DNA of 63,245 nt, counting the filler, from Craspedostauros australis (taxonomy: Eukaryota): assembly GCA_030167865.1 (NCBI GenBank). It is 17 parts of 17 records of this genome, joined end to end, with 100 filler letters (N's around TTAATTAATTAA, not from the genome) between each part and the next. Parts side by side here need not be neighbours in the genome. Positions count along the whole stretch, not along the records: positions 8,090 to 23,670 come from JALAGF010003756.1; 16 more parts are not named here. One strand, 5' to 3'. Of this stretch, positions 12,097 through 23,770 are shown in pieces; positions within the stretch are counted from its first letter, which is position 1; every line of letters starts with the position of its first letter. Made by a program: the position numbers and the translations under genes. A model generated the notes under the pieces. That model worked only from the letters and a program-made list of their open reading frames with translations. It was not told the origin of the DNA and did no database searches.

Positions 12097-12974
12097 CCTC
12101 GGTCGGCGAGTGGACCTGTCGTGGGTAGTCGAATACGTTTTAGTCCGGAATTCTACGGATCTTACAACCAAACCAAGCACACAAATAGACACCTCATAAA
12201 CCAAAAAGAAGATTCGGGCTGCGTTGGATGTTTGTAAAAGTACATGTTTTCGTTCCATGGACACGTCAATGCATTCATTGTTGGACCACTCCTCTAGACT
12301 TGGACCATAGACATTTACACGAGAAACGCCAGAAGGAAAAATTTGAAACACCAGCGCGAATGGGCACCTCTCGTTATTCACCCAGAACACCAAAGAACTT
12401 CTCCAATTGGACAGAGTCCACGGCGCGGTTTGACTCATGCAACTAGACTTCTTCGATGGTCTATGGAACATAAAGTATGAACTGTAGAAATAATAATGCT
12501 TAATCACAACTATGGAGACTACAAGAACGATGAGCATATGATTTTTTCTTGTAGTCCGAAAAACAGAGACATCGCGCAGGACAAATGGTTGGCCAACTCG
12601 CTGAACTGTGCAAGAAACTGCGCATTTTCCGTCGGCAACTTGCGGTCGGTGCAGGTGGATACCACGTCTTCGTCGCAACAGCAATAGCGGTAGGGCTCAC
12701 AAGAGAATCGCATCAGACTTGTCACCATGGAGAAGGCAAGAGATTGTTAGCTACCCCTCGCAATGTTCGAAGTGAAGATTCGACAACGACTATAGTGGAA
12801 GTTATTTACATAGAATTCACAAGTACGGGTACGCGATGGTAAGATTCGGTGGGGTTGTTCGACTGGACCCCCTCTGCCTGCTGTTGCCAGAGACTATCTT
12901 GGTATCGACATTCCATGCGAGTGCAAGTACGCATACGGGGAGATAGGAGAGCAACTGCTGTGCTCGTATGTACT

Positions 12975-15900
12975 CTACTCCTCTTGTTCCGACTCGCGTG
13001 TTTGTGCATGCGCTGATTGTTGCGCCTGTTCTTCCTGGTGTTGATCATCCGCACCACCTCTTGACCTGGACGGTGAGTGCGATGGAGACGGGCTCGGGGT
13101 GTGATGCCTAGAGTGGCGCTTCTTCTTCTTGCTCTTCCGACTCCTCGTTCGTCCTCTTCCTGGGCTTGAACGCTTCCTCCGTTCGCGGTCTCGCTCTCTA
13201 TCGCGATCACGGTCTCGGTCCCTATCACGATCCCTGTCTCTGTCCCGATCGCGGTCTCGATCCTTGTCTCTATCCCTGTCACGATCGCGGTCCCTATCGC
13301 GCCCCCTCTCACGATCACGATCCCTATCTCGATCCCGGCTTCGCTCTCGTTCACGTTCCTTGCTCTTGGTGCTTGGCTCGACTGCGTCTTGATTTGAGCG
13401 AGAGGCACTGGAGGGTGCCACGCCAGTCTCCTGCGCATCCTTCTTGTCAGCATCACTGCCCGGCTTGCTGCTGCCGTTGTGAGCACTGCCGCTGCCTTCT
13501 TTGGATCGCTCGCGCCGCGGACCGTCGGAGTAGCTGCTGCTACGGCTGTGGCTGCGACTTCTGCTGCGACTGTACCGTGACGACCGCGAGGAGCGATGAT
13601 CCCAGCTGCGCGATCCACTGCGGCGACTGCGATGCCTCGATCGTTCCCGCGACCGGTCTCGTGACCGATCCCTAGACCGTTCTCTGGATCTATCGCGAGA
13701 TCGCTCCCTAGAACGGTCACGTGATCTCTCCCGTGATCGTTCACGAGACTTCCGGCTTCTGCGGCGGTCGCGGTCTCGGTCGCGCTCGCGATCCCTTCCC
13801 CGCGAGAAGCTTCGAGATCGGCTGCGTTCGTAGGGGTGGTACCGATAATCACGATGGTAGTCCCGGCCACCACTGCCGCCGGCGTTGCCACCACCGCTAG
13901 GTGGCACACCGTACTCGCCTTCTCTTTCCCTCTCGCGTCTTCCGTGGTAGTTGGGCGACCTGCTGCGGCTGTACCGATCCCGGCTGCGACTGAAGCGTTC
14001 CGTGCGTCCGTACCGTGCGTACTCCGGATCTCGTCCGAAAGCCGGAGGCGGCGGATGCGGGGGCATCGGTTCCATCTGACTGCTAGGATGCCCTGGGATG
14101 TTGGGGACCTGACAAATGCAGTACTTCGGACGGTACCCGCAAGTTGCACATCTATCGCCCATCACCGGAGGCGGTCCCTGCATCATATTTCGCAAACGGC
14201 TGGGACCGCCCGAGTTGCTCTCGGCGATCTTCAGAAACCTGCCTGCGATCTCGTGCTTGTGGCCTGACATCAAGATCTGATGCGCGATGTGCTCCGGCAA
14301 CGTCACAAACCCGAAGCCTCGCGACTTGCCGCTATCGCGCTCCGTCGGGATGTGGCATTCGAGCACGAATTCGCGTCCCACAAGGTGAGAAAAGTACTCG
14401 AACAGATCCTTCGGTGTCGTTGCGTAGGAGAGGTTTCCGATGTGCAGCTTGATTGCCGGTGGACGATCCATGGGTGGCACCCCCGACACGCTATTCTTCT
14501 TGCGATTGCGACGCTTCTTCGATGGTGACAGCTTGCCTTCTTCTCGCTTCTTTCCCTCCCCGTTGCGTTTGCGCTTCTCGCCGTTTGCACCACCTGTAGC
14601 TCCGCCATCATCGAATGCCTTGGATTTGGCGCCATCCTGATCCCCCAGTAACGAGGTGGTCTTGGTCCCGTCTTGAGCCGACCCGGATGACTTGCGCGGA
14701 ATGACGATGTCGCCGTCGGCGAGGATGTCATCTTCTTCGCTTTCGCTGAGGGTGAAGCCAAGATCGATGAGCTGCTGCAGCACCCCCTGCTGGTACTTCT
14801 CCCACGTCGACAGCGCATCCAATGATGCCTGAAGGGATTGCAGCTGACCGTCGTACAACGTGAGAACGCAGCTGTCCGCTCCCATCGCGTAGTATCGCTT
14901 CTCGATCTCCATCGTCGCTGCGTAGGCGTACTCATCGAAGAAGGTCTGCCAGCCGATGACGCTCGAATTCTCCTCGCCGTCAGCATCCTCCGATTGGCTG
15001 TACCTCAACCCGCCCTGCGATGCCTTCGTCCACAGCTGGACGCCCTGGAAGTGGTCCTTCAGGCCTTCGTTGAGGTTCTCCAACAGCTTCTCCATCTTGC
15101 GCGTGAAGATGAACGCCAGGTAATTGCGCAGGATGCGCTGATGTCGCAATGACACCTTGAGTCCCTTCCCGCCGTGCGTCCCCTTGCGCTTGCGGCCCAT
15201 GTGCTGCGAGAGTTCCGGCAGCGGGACGGTGCCCGCCAGCGACACCGTCAATAAAATTGGATGGAACGTGCCGCCGTTGTGCGCGGCCGCCATGATCTTC
15301 TTCCCCAGCTTGAGCGATGTCATGAAGTTGGAATCGACCATCGCCTCCTGTTCGAGCAGCAGGAGCCGATCCTCCGTCCACCAATTGTTGAGCGCGGAGG
15401 AGTCGGTGGATTCGTAGACGTAGTAGCTCTCCTCGTCCTTGCGCTGCGACAGGAGTTCGAAGTTGGAGGGACGCGGCACATTCCCAACCGCATCCATCAA
15501 CCCCCAACCCAGCCGGACCTCGTCGGAACGGTTGCTCATCTGCGCGAATCCGTACTGCAAGATGAAGGTCTCGTTGCCGTTGTCGGGTCCGTAGTTCAAG
15601 TAAATCTCCGCGCCCTTTCGTATGCGCTTGTGGGCGATGGCCTGCGGTGGGTGCGGTTTCTGCTTGGCGTTGCCACCGCTGCTGGTGCCGTTGTTGTCTT
15701 CCGCGTTGCCAGCTTCGTCTTCATCCTCCTCATCGTCGTCTTCGATGTCGTCGTAGAGGCCGTCATCCATGACATCCGGGTCGCCGCCGGGCTTCTGTGC
15801 CTTCTTGGCCTCGACACAAGGCTGCCACGTGACCTGATTCGTCTCGCTCTCATGATTGGCCATGTCCAGCAACGGTATCATGACACCCAGCTCATCCCAA

Positions 15901-17540
15901 AGCTCCCCCGGCGACTGCAGCTGCAAGGATTCCGGTGAGATGGACGATGATTCTGCCTTGACGTCGTCATGGTTGAGGTAGCACGCGGCTGGCAGGGCGC
16001 GCGATGTGAAGACGGACGCGGCCCACACCCAACGTTCCCAAGTGAAGAGACCCGGCGGGAAGATATGCGGGAACCGATTGAGGATGCCGGCGTCAATGAG
16101 AGCGATAAATTCAGCCGACAGCAGCATGGTCGTCGCCGCTACATCCTGCAGCGGAAGCGTCCCCGGTATGCATCCTGCCAACAGGGCCAATTCGTTCCGC
16201 TTCCAACACACAGGCAAGGAGACCGTCGATGGCAAGATGCGTGCGTAGGGACCGAATGTTTCGGGCGTACCCGGCTGCAACTGTATCTGCGGTTCCGCGA
16301 TGGAGGTTGGTGTTGATGATATTGATGATCTGTGACTGCGATGCGCGTGCAAGGCGTTGGGACGACCATCCTGACTGGTTTCCGACACGTTTTCAAAGTC
16401 CTGGACGACTCCGTCACCGGCTCCCGTGTTGGTGTTGGCGGCAGCGACAGGCGGGCGCATGGATGGCGAGAAGCGCTGGTGGATCAAGAATGCAAGGATG
16501 GGTGCTCTGGTGGAGAGGGTGCCGGACGGTACCAAAGTGTAGTAGGAGTTTGAGTCGTCCTGCACGCGACGCGACAGGGCAGTCTCCGCCTTTTTTCGCT
16601 CCTGGAGGATTTTGACCAGGAGCTGGGTTCCTGAATTACGCGCTGTCTTTTGTTTGAACTTTTCCAGGTTGACGGTTGTGTTTTCGAAGACATCCCAGAA
16701 GGATTTGGCAGCCGTCGTGTCCGACGACTGCGGTTCCTTGCCGGGTGCTTCGCAACAGGCCAAGATTGCACGGCCGGCATCACTGGCGGCGATCAAGTCA
16801 GGCGTGATAAATGCAGATCGCGGGACCGTCATGAGGACTTCGTCCTTTCGGATCTCCTTGACGGCGCGAATCTGGCATCCCATAGTGCGTTCGTACAAGG
16901 CGCGGTCCGACACGCCATCCACGATGCCAACGCGACCCGAGGATGTGAAAATGTTGCCGTTGGAGGTGATGTGCTGGTGCGGATGCGATGCTCCCGACGC
17001 CTGTACAGAAGCAGCGCCGTTCATCATGCGGTTGGAGGATGCGGATGACGACATCGATCCCATGCCCGCAGCTCCCCCACCGTTGGTGCCTGGCGAGAAG
17101 CTCCACACGGGCGCGTTTTTGGTCCCGTCCGTCGCTTCCCCGTTGACGATGCAGACCGATGGATGCACCTGAGTTTGCGTGTCCTCGTTGATCCATTCTC
17201 TGAAGGCGAGGAGCCGATTCGAAAGTGCTCCTGCGCCTCCGCCCACCATCGCCGGCGACTTGTCATGATGATGGCTCGCAAAGTCTCCTCCGCTGCCCCC
17301 GGATGGTACCATCCCCATGATCTCCTCGTAGGACGTCGTCTCCTCAGGCTCCACCTTCACTTTGATGTTTCTTCCGGAAGATGCAGCATTTCCGATCGAA
17401 CTGTCGCTTCCGTTGGTGGTGGATGCGGAGCCGTTGCTGTTGCTGTTGCCGTTTGCGCTGGTGCTGCTGAGTTGGGCGTCCGCCGTGATCGAGCTTGCCG
17501 CAGCAGCCGCCGCTGCTCTCGTTGACCTCGTCCCAGCCAT
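12975..17540 (-). CDS. SET-domain (Rubisco-LSMT/SETD3-like) protein fused to an RRM, a Cys cluster and a long RS/RD-repeat tail (1521 aa, no intron apparent)
   Basis: SET motifs WAASVFTSRA, MIPLLDMANH, EIYLNYG..NETFILQYGF; RRM RNP2 LHIGNL and RNP1 RGFGFVTL; CATCGYRPKYCIC; SR, RE and RD dipeptide repeats. Confidence 0.88.
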   Translation of the reverse strand: MAGTRSTRAAAAAAASSITADAQLSSTSANGNSNSNGSASTTNGSDSSIGNAASSGRNIKVKVEPEETTSYEEIMGMVPSGGSGGDFASHHHDKSPAMVGGGAGALSNRLLAFREWINEDTQTQVHPSVCIVNGEATDGTKNAPVWSFSPGTNGGGAAGMGSMSSSASSNRMMNGAASVQASGASHPHQHITSNGNIFTSSGRVGIVDGVSDRALYERTMGCQIRAVKEIRKDEVLMTVPRSAFITPDLIAASDAGRAILACCEAPGKEPQSSDTTAAKSFWDVFENTTVNLEKFKQKTARNSGTQLLVKILQERKKAETALSRRVQDDSNSYYTLVPSGTLSTRAPILAFLIHQRFSPSMRPPVAAANTNTGAGDGVVQDFENVSETSQDGRPNALHAHRSHRSSISSTPTSIAEPQIQLQPGTPETFGPYARILPSTVSLPVCWKRNELALLAGCIPGTLPLQDVAATTMLLSAEFIALIDAGILNRFPHIFPPGLFTWERWVWAASVFTSRALPAACYLNHDDVKAESSSISPESLQLQSPGELWDELGVMIPLLDMANHESETNQVTWQPCVEAKKAQKPGGDPDVMDDGLYDDIEDDDEEDEDEAGNAEDNNGTSSGGNAKQKPHPPQAIAHKRIRKGAEIYLNYGPDNGNETFILQYGFAQMSNRSDEVRLGWGLMDAVGNVPRPSNFELLSQRKDEESYYVYESTDSSALNNWWTEDRLLLLEQEAMVDSNFMTSLKLGKKIMAAAHNGGTFHPILLTVSLAGTVPLPELSQHMGRKRKGTHGGKGLKVSLRHQRILRNYLAFIFTRKMEKLLENLNEGLKDHFQGVQLWTKASQGGLRYSQSEDADGEENSSVIGWQTFFDEYAYAATMEIEKRYYAMGADSCVLTLYDGQLQSLQASLDALSTWEKYQQGVLQQLIDLGFTLSESEEDDILADGDIVIPRKSSGSAQDGTKTTSLLGDQDGAKSKAFDDGGATGGANGEKRKRNGEGKKREEGKLSPSKKRRNRKKNSVSGVPPMDRPPAIKLHIGNLSYATTPKDLFEYFSHLVGREFVLECHIPTERDSGKSRGFGFVTLPEHIAHQILMSGHKHEIAGRFLKIAESNSGGPSRLRNMMQGPPPVMGDRCATCGYRPKYCICQVPNIPGHPSSQMEPMPPHPPPPAFGRDPEYARYGRTERFSRSRDRYSRSRSPNYHGRREREREGEYGVPPSGGGNAGGSGGRDYHRDYRYHPYERSRSRSFSRGRDRERDRDRDRRRSRKSRERSRERSRDRSRERSRDRSRERSRDRSRDRSRERSRHRSRRSGSRSWDHRSSRSSRYSRSRSRSHSRSSSYSDGPRRERSKEGSGSAHNGSSKPGSDADKKDAQETGVAPSSASRSNQDAVEPSTKSKERERERSRDRDRDRDRERGRDRDRDRDRDRDKDRDRDRDRDRDRDRDRDRDRDRERDRERRKRSSPGRGRTRSRKSKKKKRHSRHHTPSPSPSHSPSRSRGGADDQHQEEQAQQSAHAQTRESEQEE

Positions 17541-19309
17541 TGCTTCTGATGCTGTTGAGGTGAGAGTGGTGCGAAGTGTCCTTGTTGCTTATTGCCTGGT
17601 GCTTGTGGCTCTCACCTTCTGTGTTTTGGCTTTGCCTCAATGCCTCAGCGCCTCACTAATGATCGCTCCAGATGCAGTACTATTATGGGTGGATGAATCT
17701 GCGAATGAATGACCCCAACGTTTGTGAAACTGCGGTTGGCGCGTCCGCAGCTAATTCAGCGCAAGTGAATGCGTGCTTGCCTCCTACCGCAGCCTGAGCT
17801 TCCCGAGATGGCTTGATGCCAATGGGTGCAATGCTGTGTAAAGTTGTGCGATGCTGCTGTCGTTGTTGCTATCTATGGCACGTGTCCGACCTGCAGCGAG
17901 TGGCTCCTCTCCTGCTGCCTGAGGATTCAGCTGCACTCTGCTCTTGCGTTGATTGCCAGGCGATGGGCCGCAGCTGAATGCGGATGAAACAGACTCCTGT
18001 AGGATGGTGGAGTAGGAGAGGACTCCGTTGCGCTTGTGCACAGCGAGACTCGGAGTGAGTGCGTTGGCCGCTGCCGACTTGCCCCACGCTTCCTTTCTCG
18101 CAGGTGCCGCTTTGTCTGCAGCTGTATGCAGTGTATGCCTGGCTGTGCTACACTATGCTACACTATGCCTGACTGTGTTATGCTTGGTGCTTGGCTATCC
18201 GCACTCTCCCTTCCCCAACGGTGTCTTGGTCCGCTTGGATCAGCAGATCGCTGAATGGTATAATAGTATTGTAATGTACTAGAATATACTCCAGGAAAGT
18301 GCACGAGCTTTGGTACTCGTCCTCAACTCACTTGTTGCACCAGATCGACTTGATGCCTGCGCTGCGGTGCCTGCTGCTGCGATGTCTTTGACGTCTTTGG
18401 TGTCTTTGATGCCCCTTCACGCAACTGCTGTCTGTGGTGTCTCGTCAATTGAGTAGGTCGTGCTCCAACGTTTGCTTGGCTGTGCGCTTCGCCGCGTGCT
18501 CCCAAGTACTGTGGAGTATCGTGATCGTGGTACGGCGTCAACAGATTGATGGCGCCAACCAAGAAACAAGTACGGCGCAGCGTGGAAAAGCACGTTACGC
18601 AGTGGCACTTCAACGATGTCACCAATGCCCCTCTGCACGAAAAAACGGGCATTGGTGCGTTTGTTTCTTGTCGTGCGGTGCGGTTTAGTGTGTTTCTTGG
18701 CGTTGTTGTCATTCTGTTCTCCGGGCAGAACCACCGTGCTTTCTTGTCTGTCTCCTCCCTTTTTGTCAGTCATCGTCTCGTTGGCTGTCCTAACAATCCA
18801 AGTAGTCGAAGCCCCGCTCCAACAGGCACAAAAATGTGACATTCGTGCAAGACGGGTGGTGCGCAGACGCCAGATCTCCCAAAGTCTGTACGTCAACCGT
18901 GTGCCAAAATCGTTGGCAAGAGTCTAATTTCATCCAAAGCAGAGTAGAGTTGACTTGACTTGACTTGACTTGAGTTGAGTGGAATATTCTTGTAGGAGTA
19001 GATTGCAGGTAGGCAGACGCTGCCAAGGTACCATACTATTATATTATATTATGTGGAAGTACCGTTCACTTCACGTGTGCTTCTCCACACATTCAGGCAT
19101 CTATCTGGAAGAGGCCAGATTTCCTCGCACCGACCGACCTCCTGAACAAAGGCACCCAGCGAACAACGTGCAACGAAGTTCCCTCTTGATCCGTCATTAT
19201 TCCGCACTCACTCATCGTACTACTATACCAATGCGACAAAACAAACTCTGAAGGATGTTGCAAAACGTGGCATGCTATTGTGCTCCTAGTACTCTGCGCC
19301 GTTCTATCT

Positions 19310-20992
19310 TCATATCGTTTCCAACGACTTGCTTGCATCCGTCGTCATCTGCCCGACCGTGCGCTCCGATTGCCACTCCTGCACAGCATTGGATCGAAAT
19401 GCCTGCGAACTCTTCTGGCTCCGACGTTCCTCCTCCCACAGGACGCGTTCGTAGCTCTCCTGCGGTGTTCGCAGCAGCACTTCTTCCGAAAGGTGCGTGT
19501 GCGCAGCATCCATGATCAGCTCGGACAACGGGGGTTGTCCCGCCATGCTGATGCCTTGCGATTTCAGCTTCTTCGGCAACCGGGCGGCTTCGTCGAGCGC
19601 GATGCGGTACCGTTTGGCATTGGGTTCGCCGGTAAACAACGGCGTGACGGCCTTCACGATGAATCGACGGATGCGCGAGGCATCCCACAGCTCCTCCTCT
19701 CTGTCGGCGTGTTTGCAGTAGGCCTCCAGGATTTCCAGCCGGTTCTTGGCGACGGTGCCGTCCGTGCCGTACAGCAGCTGGTCCGTCATGGCGAAGCTCC
19801 ATGGATCCGCCGCCCAGGACCGACCGATCATGACGCCCTTCAGGTTGGGGCACTGGTCGAACTCATCCTGCGCCTGCGAGATAGATTCCACACCTCCGTT
19901 CAGGCTGAAGGTAAGCTGCGGATAGTCGTTCACAAGACGACGCACCATGCCGTATTTGAGAGGCGGGATCTTGCGATTGTCAGCGGGGGAGAAGGATTTC
20001 TGCAGCACCGCGATTCTCGCATGAACCTGAAAGTCCGTGACGATGCCATTGGATGCGATCGTTTCGATGAAATTGCATAGATTGCGATACTCTTCCTCCT
20101 CGTCGATCTCGGCGTAACCCTTCTTCGTGAAGGTGCGTTTGGAATCCGTCCCTATCCGACACTTGACCGTGATCGGGACCTGACCACGCATGCCTTCGTG
20201 CAGCGCCTTGGTCAGATCCGAAACCAGCTGTGGCTCGTCCATCAGAGCGGCACCGAAGCAACCCTTGCCGGCGACCTTGGGGCTGGGACAACCGCAGTTG
20301 AGATTGATGGCAGTGTAATCGCACCACCCCCGATCAGTCATCTCGGCCACAGCTTCTGCCGCCTCGTACATCTGCTGCGGATCGCTGCCTCCGAGCTGAA
20401 GCACGGATGGCCCTTCCAACGGTGATACCTCGCCCTGTCCGAGATACCGTCGCAGGAATTGATCTTCATACCCGACCACAACGTCAGCCTCCGAACACCC
20501 TTCATTCGCGGAGCGGTATGTCTCCATGCAGTCGCGGCGTTCGTGGCACAGCGCGTTGGCTGCCACCATCTCCGTGTAGAGCAGGGTGCGGTTCGACACC
20601 AGCCGCACGAGATGGCGGAAGTGACGATCCGTGTATTCCATCATGGGCGCCAGCGACATCTTCGTAGATTGCATGAGCTGCTCTTGCTTCTGGTCTCGGA
20701 TGGATGCAGCACCTGCGGCAGGTTCCTCCGATCCCAACGAGGATGACAGAAGGATCTTCCAGCCGTCCATGAGACGATTCTTGAGTCTCTGAGAACTCCA
20801 TCCCCATCCGAAGGTCTTGAGGTTCATGTTGCTTCTGTCCTGGATGGAAGTGGGGGACGTCACGAAACCGTGCGATGTTGTGATGACACAGCTGAACACA
20901 CAAACTGCGGCCAAGATCACGCCGACGCTTGAAGGTTGCGACGTGACTTTTGCTGAGCGTCTGGAGTGTCGCTGCATTCTCAGAGCTTGCAA
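19310..20992 (-). CDS. dusA: tRNA-dihydrouridine synthase, DusA-like, with probable bipartite organellar targeting presequence
   Basis: LAPMMEYTDRHFR, LQLGGSDP, INLNCGCPS, GAALM, TVKCRIG, VHARIAVL..SPADNRKIPPLKY, LNGG, GVMIGR. The signal-like segment ends SHG-FVTS. Confidence 0.92.
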   Translation of the reverse strand: MQALRMQRHSRRSAKVTSQPSSVGVILAAVCVFSCVITTSHGFVTSPTSIQDRSNMNLKTFGWGWSSQRLKNRLMDGWKILLSSSLGSEEPAAGAASIRDQKQEQLMQSTKMSLAPMMEYTDRHFRHLVRLVSNRTLLYTEMVAANALCHERRDCMETYRSANEGCSEADVVVGYEDQFLRRYLGQGEVSPLEGPSVLQLGGSDPQQMYEAAEAVAEMTDRGWCDYTAINLNCGCPSPKVAGKGCFGAALMDEPQLVSDLTKALHEGMRGQVPITVKCRIGTDSKRTFTKKGYAEIDEEEEYRNLCNFIETIASNGIVTDFQVHARIAVLQKSFSPADNRKIPPLKYGMVRRLVNDYPQLTFSLNGGVESISQAQDEFDQCPNLKGVMIGRSWAADPWSFAMTDQLLYGTDGTVAKNRLEILEAYCKHADREEELWDASRIRRFIVKAVTPLFTGEPNAKRYRIALDEAARLPKKLKSQGISMAGQPPLSELIMDAAHTHLSEEVLLRTPQESYERVLWEEERRSQKSSQAFRSNAVQEWQSERTVGQMTTDASKSLETI

Positions 20993-21323
20993 TTCCTCAG
21001 CAATGCCAGTTGTGCTAGGATGCTATAATCGCGTATTCGTGGACTTTGACGAAGTGTCTTGGTTGTTTCAACTGGACTGTGGTGAGTGGAGTGGAGTGAG
21101 AGGTAGGAGAGACCAGAGGCGCTGTCGTCGTACCGAGCCAACATGAGCGCAGCCGCTTGCCATCACCGATGACGTTCCCATCACATCATCATTTTCTTTC
21201 CTCGTTCATTCGTTGTGTTTGTTGTGTTGGTCTTCTTCGGAGTTTTCATTCGTGCAAGTTCGGGACACAGAATTTGTGGTCACAGTCGACTGGCTGGAGT
21301 ATAATTTTGACACACTTTCGCGA

Positions 21324-21335
21324 GATGACGTCATC
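21324..21335. promoter_or_regulatory. Perfect 12-bp palindrome GATGACGTCATC (CRE/bZIP-type core) in a divergent promoter
   Basis: Lies near the middle of the 716-nt region between dusA (-) and GPR89 (+); function is inferred only. Confidence 0.3.
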
Positions 21336-21708
21336 ACGCATCCAAGAAAGGTTGATCGCCAAAAGTTGTGGCAGTCACGAAGGTGGCTGATGCAAACTCG
21401 GGAATGGTTTTTATTCCACAACAACAGCGGCAGAAAATGACAGAACGATTGTTGTAACGGTAACATGAACACGAAAGAGTGTTCTGTGAAAACAGATTTG
21501 ATTCCTTCCACACAAGAGCAACAGCCAGCTTTGACAACCAACAAGTGCAACCAAGCAGGGGAAGAACAAGAGAGCAGAAGCAAGAGAGAGAGAGAGAGAG
21601 AGTATCGACGGGAGAAACCAATGAAAGGATCAAGACATCACCAAACCAAGCCACACGACGCCAAATGAGATCAAGGTTGGCGCATCGGAGGACTCTGGAG
21701 AGAGCAGC

Positions 21709-23670
21709 ATGGATGCCTTCCTGCTGATCACGTCATGCTCCGTGTCGCTGTGTCTACCAGGACGGATCTTCCCGTCAAGGTCTCGGACGGTCCAGGTGAC
21801 GACGACCATTGCCTTCGCTCTTTCATTGGGATTGCTCAGTCTCAGCATCCTTGACGCAGTTCCATCAACATGGCTCATGCTCCTCACCAAGACAATTCCA
21901 GTGCCATCATCATCATCATCATCATCGACAACAGCAACAACAACACTGGCAACGCCGCTATCGATACGAATATGGAACATGGCATGGATGGGGTGGACGA
22001 TATTCCCAACCACGCTGTCGGTCGCAGGCGCATACTGGATCCTGCTCTGGAGTTGCGGCCTCTTCGTCTTCATTCTTGTTCCGGGATTCACGGGATATCA
22101 GGCAGTGAGATGGATCATATCCAGATCCAACCAACTGGCCAGCGTCATCATCAAGCTCATGCCGCTGCGATGCTTCACGGTCTACAGGATCGTCTACCTC
22201 ATCCTTTCCAGATGCTATCAAATGATATCGCGTCTCCTGTGCTTCTGTCGGAATCGCAAGAGCCCGTCAGAACCAGTCCTCGTCATGACACGGAGTGACC
22301 TGCCGTCATCGTCCGCATCAAAATCGACACCGACGTCGACAGTGGGACCGTTGTCCACACAGAGGGGAGCAGGTCGTGCATCACGCCTCCGCCTTTTGTT
22401 CCAGCGTTGTGTGCCGAGGATAAATCGCCACAGCATCTCACGTCAGTTGACGCGCTGTGCCAATCGAGTCATCGCCTTGGTGCCGGGGATGCTGGCATCG
22501 GGCCTTTGCATCGTTGCCATGAAGACAGTCTCTCCCATGTTCATCCAGATCGGGACCAAGGATCACCATGGTGGATCCGATCATTTGATTATCTTCTCGT
22601 ACGCAGACGTAACCCTTGCAAGCATCGTCTCATGGATGGCAACCATCGGCATCTGCATTTCGGCCGTCCTCAATGGATTCGGCAGCGTCTCGATGCCGTT
22701 CACATGCCTGACGGGACTGTTCCTCAGGCCGGTTCGATTGGAAATGATCAACCGAGCAGAGTCAGAATTGCAAAGCATCCGCATGGTGCTGCAGTCCAAA
22801 CGTCACGAGCTCAACGAGCCGTCCATGATGCGACAGAAATCGCTCTTGAACATGAAGAACGGTTTCGCAGCGTCGTTCTCCAAGTCCCCAAGTCTCCGCG
22901 GCTTTGCGGACATGGGAGATGACATCTATCAGCACAAGCACGCCAAACGGAAAGAGATCGATTTCTTGGAAACGCTGTGCGGCGAGATGGCAGAAGATAT
23001 CGAGGAGATGAAGGAGGTGTACCGATCGGCCAGCGCCGCCCGGACGTCAACGGGGAGAGTCAAGTCCTGGATTGGCATCGCCTTCTCCATCATCCTGCTG
23101 TTCCGGTTGTATTCTGCCGGTGTGAGCATGTGGTATCAGCACACTGCAAATCCAAAGGAATGGAGGGAGCACAGCGATGACATCGTCACGAAGGTCCTTC
23201 TGTGGTTCACAGGGCATCACTTGGTCTCCATCAAGGACTTCAGCACCTTGAGTCAGAGCTTGTCGCTCGGCCTCACAATAGTGCTGGGTGTCACCCAGCT
23301 GCGGACCTTCCTGCGCACCGTCGTGGTCATCAATCGCAGATTCAGCAAGTTCTACGGACGATGTCATTGCATGCCATCAGCAGACGTCACGCCAACCTCC
23401 GCGCCATCATTATCAACGAACAACGGTGGCAGTGGCAGTGGCAGCACTGACGACCATACAGCCAGCAACATCCCAACCAACGTGATATCCGCGCTGCTCA
23501 TCTGCTACTGTTTGGCTTGCATCGTTCTGACAAAGATGATGATGCCCATCAAGTACTCCAACGAGTTTTGGAGTGCCATCGACAGCTCCGATCCATCGTA
23601 TACAATCCATGATTCCATGGTCAACACCATCTACGCTATCGCCGCAATGATCTCAGCATCCATGTTCCTC
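21709..23670 (+). CDS. GPR89: GPR89/GTG family (Golgi pH regulator / GPCR-type G protein) membrane protein, 3' end truncated
   Basis: Signature IGICISAVLNGFGSVSMP, a coiled cytosolic loop (KEIDFLETL..EM..DI.EM), RT..GR...W.G..FSI, and multiple TM segments. Confidence 0.82.
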
Positions 23671-23770
23671 NNNNNNNNNNNNNNNNNNNNNNNNNNNNNN
23701 NNNNNNNNNNNNNNTTAATTAATTAANNNNNNNNNNNNNNNNNNNNNNNNNNNNNNNNNNNNNNNNNNNN

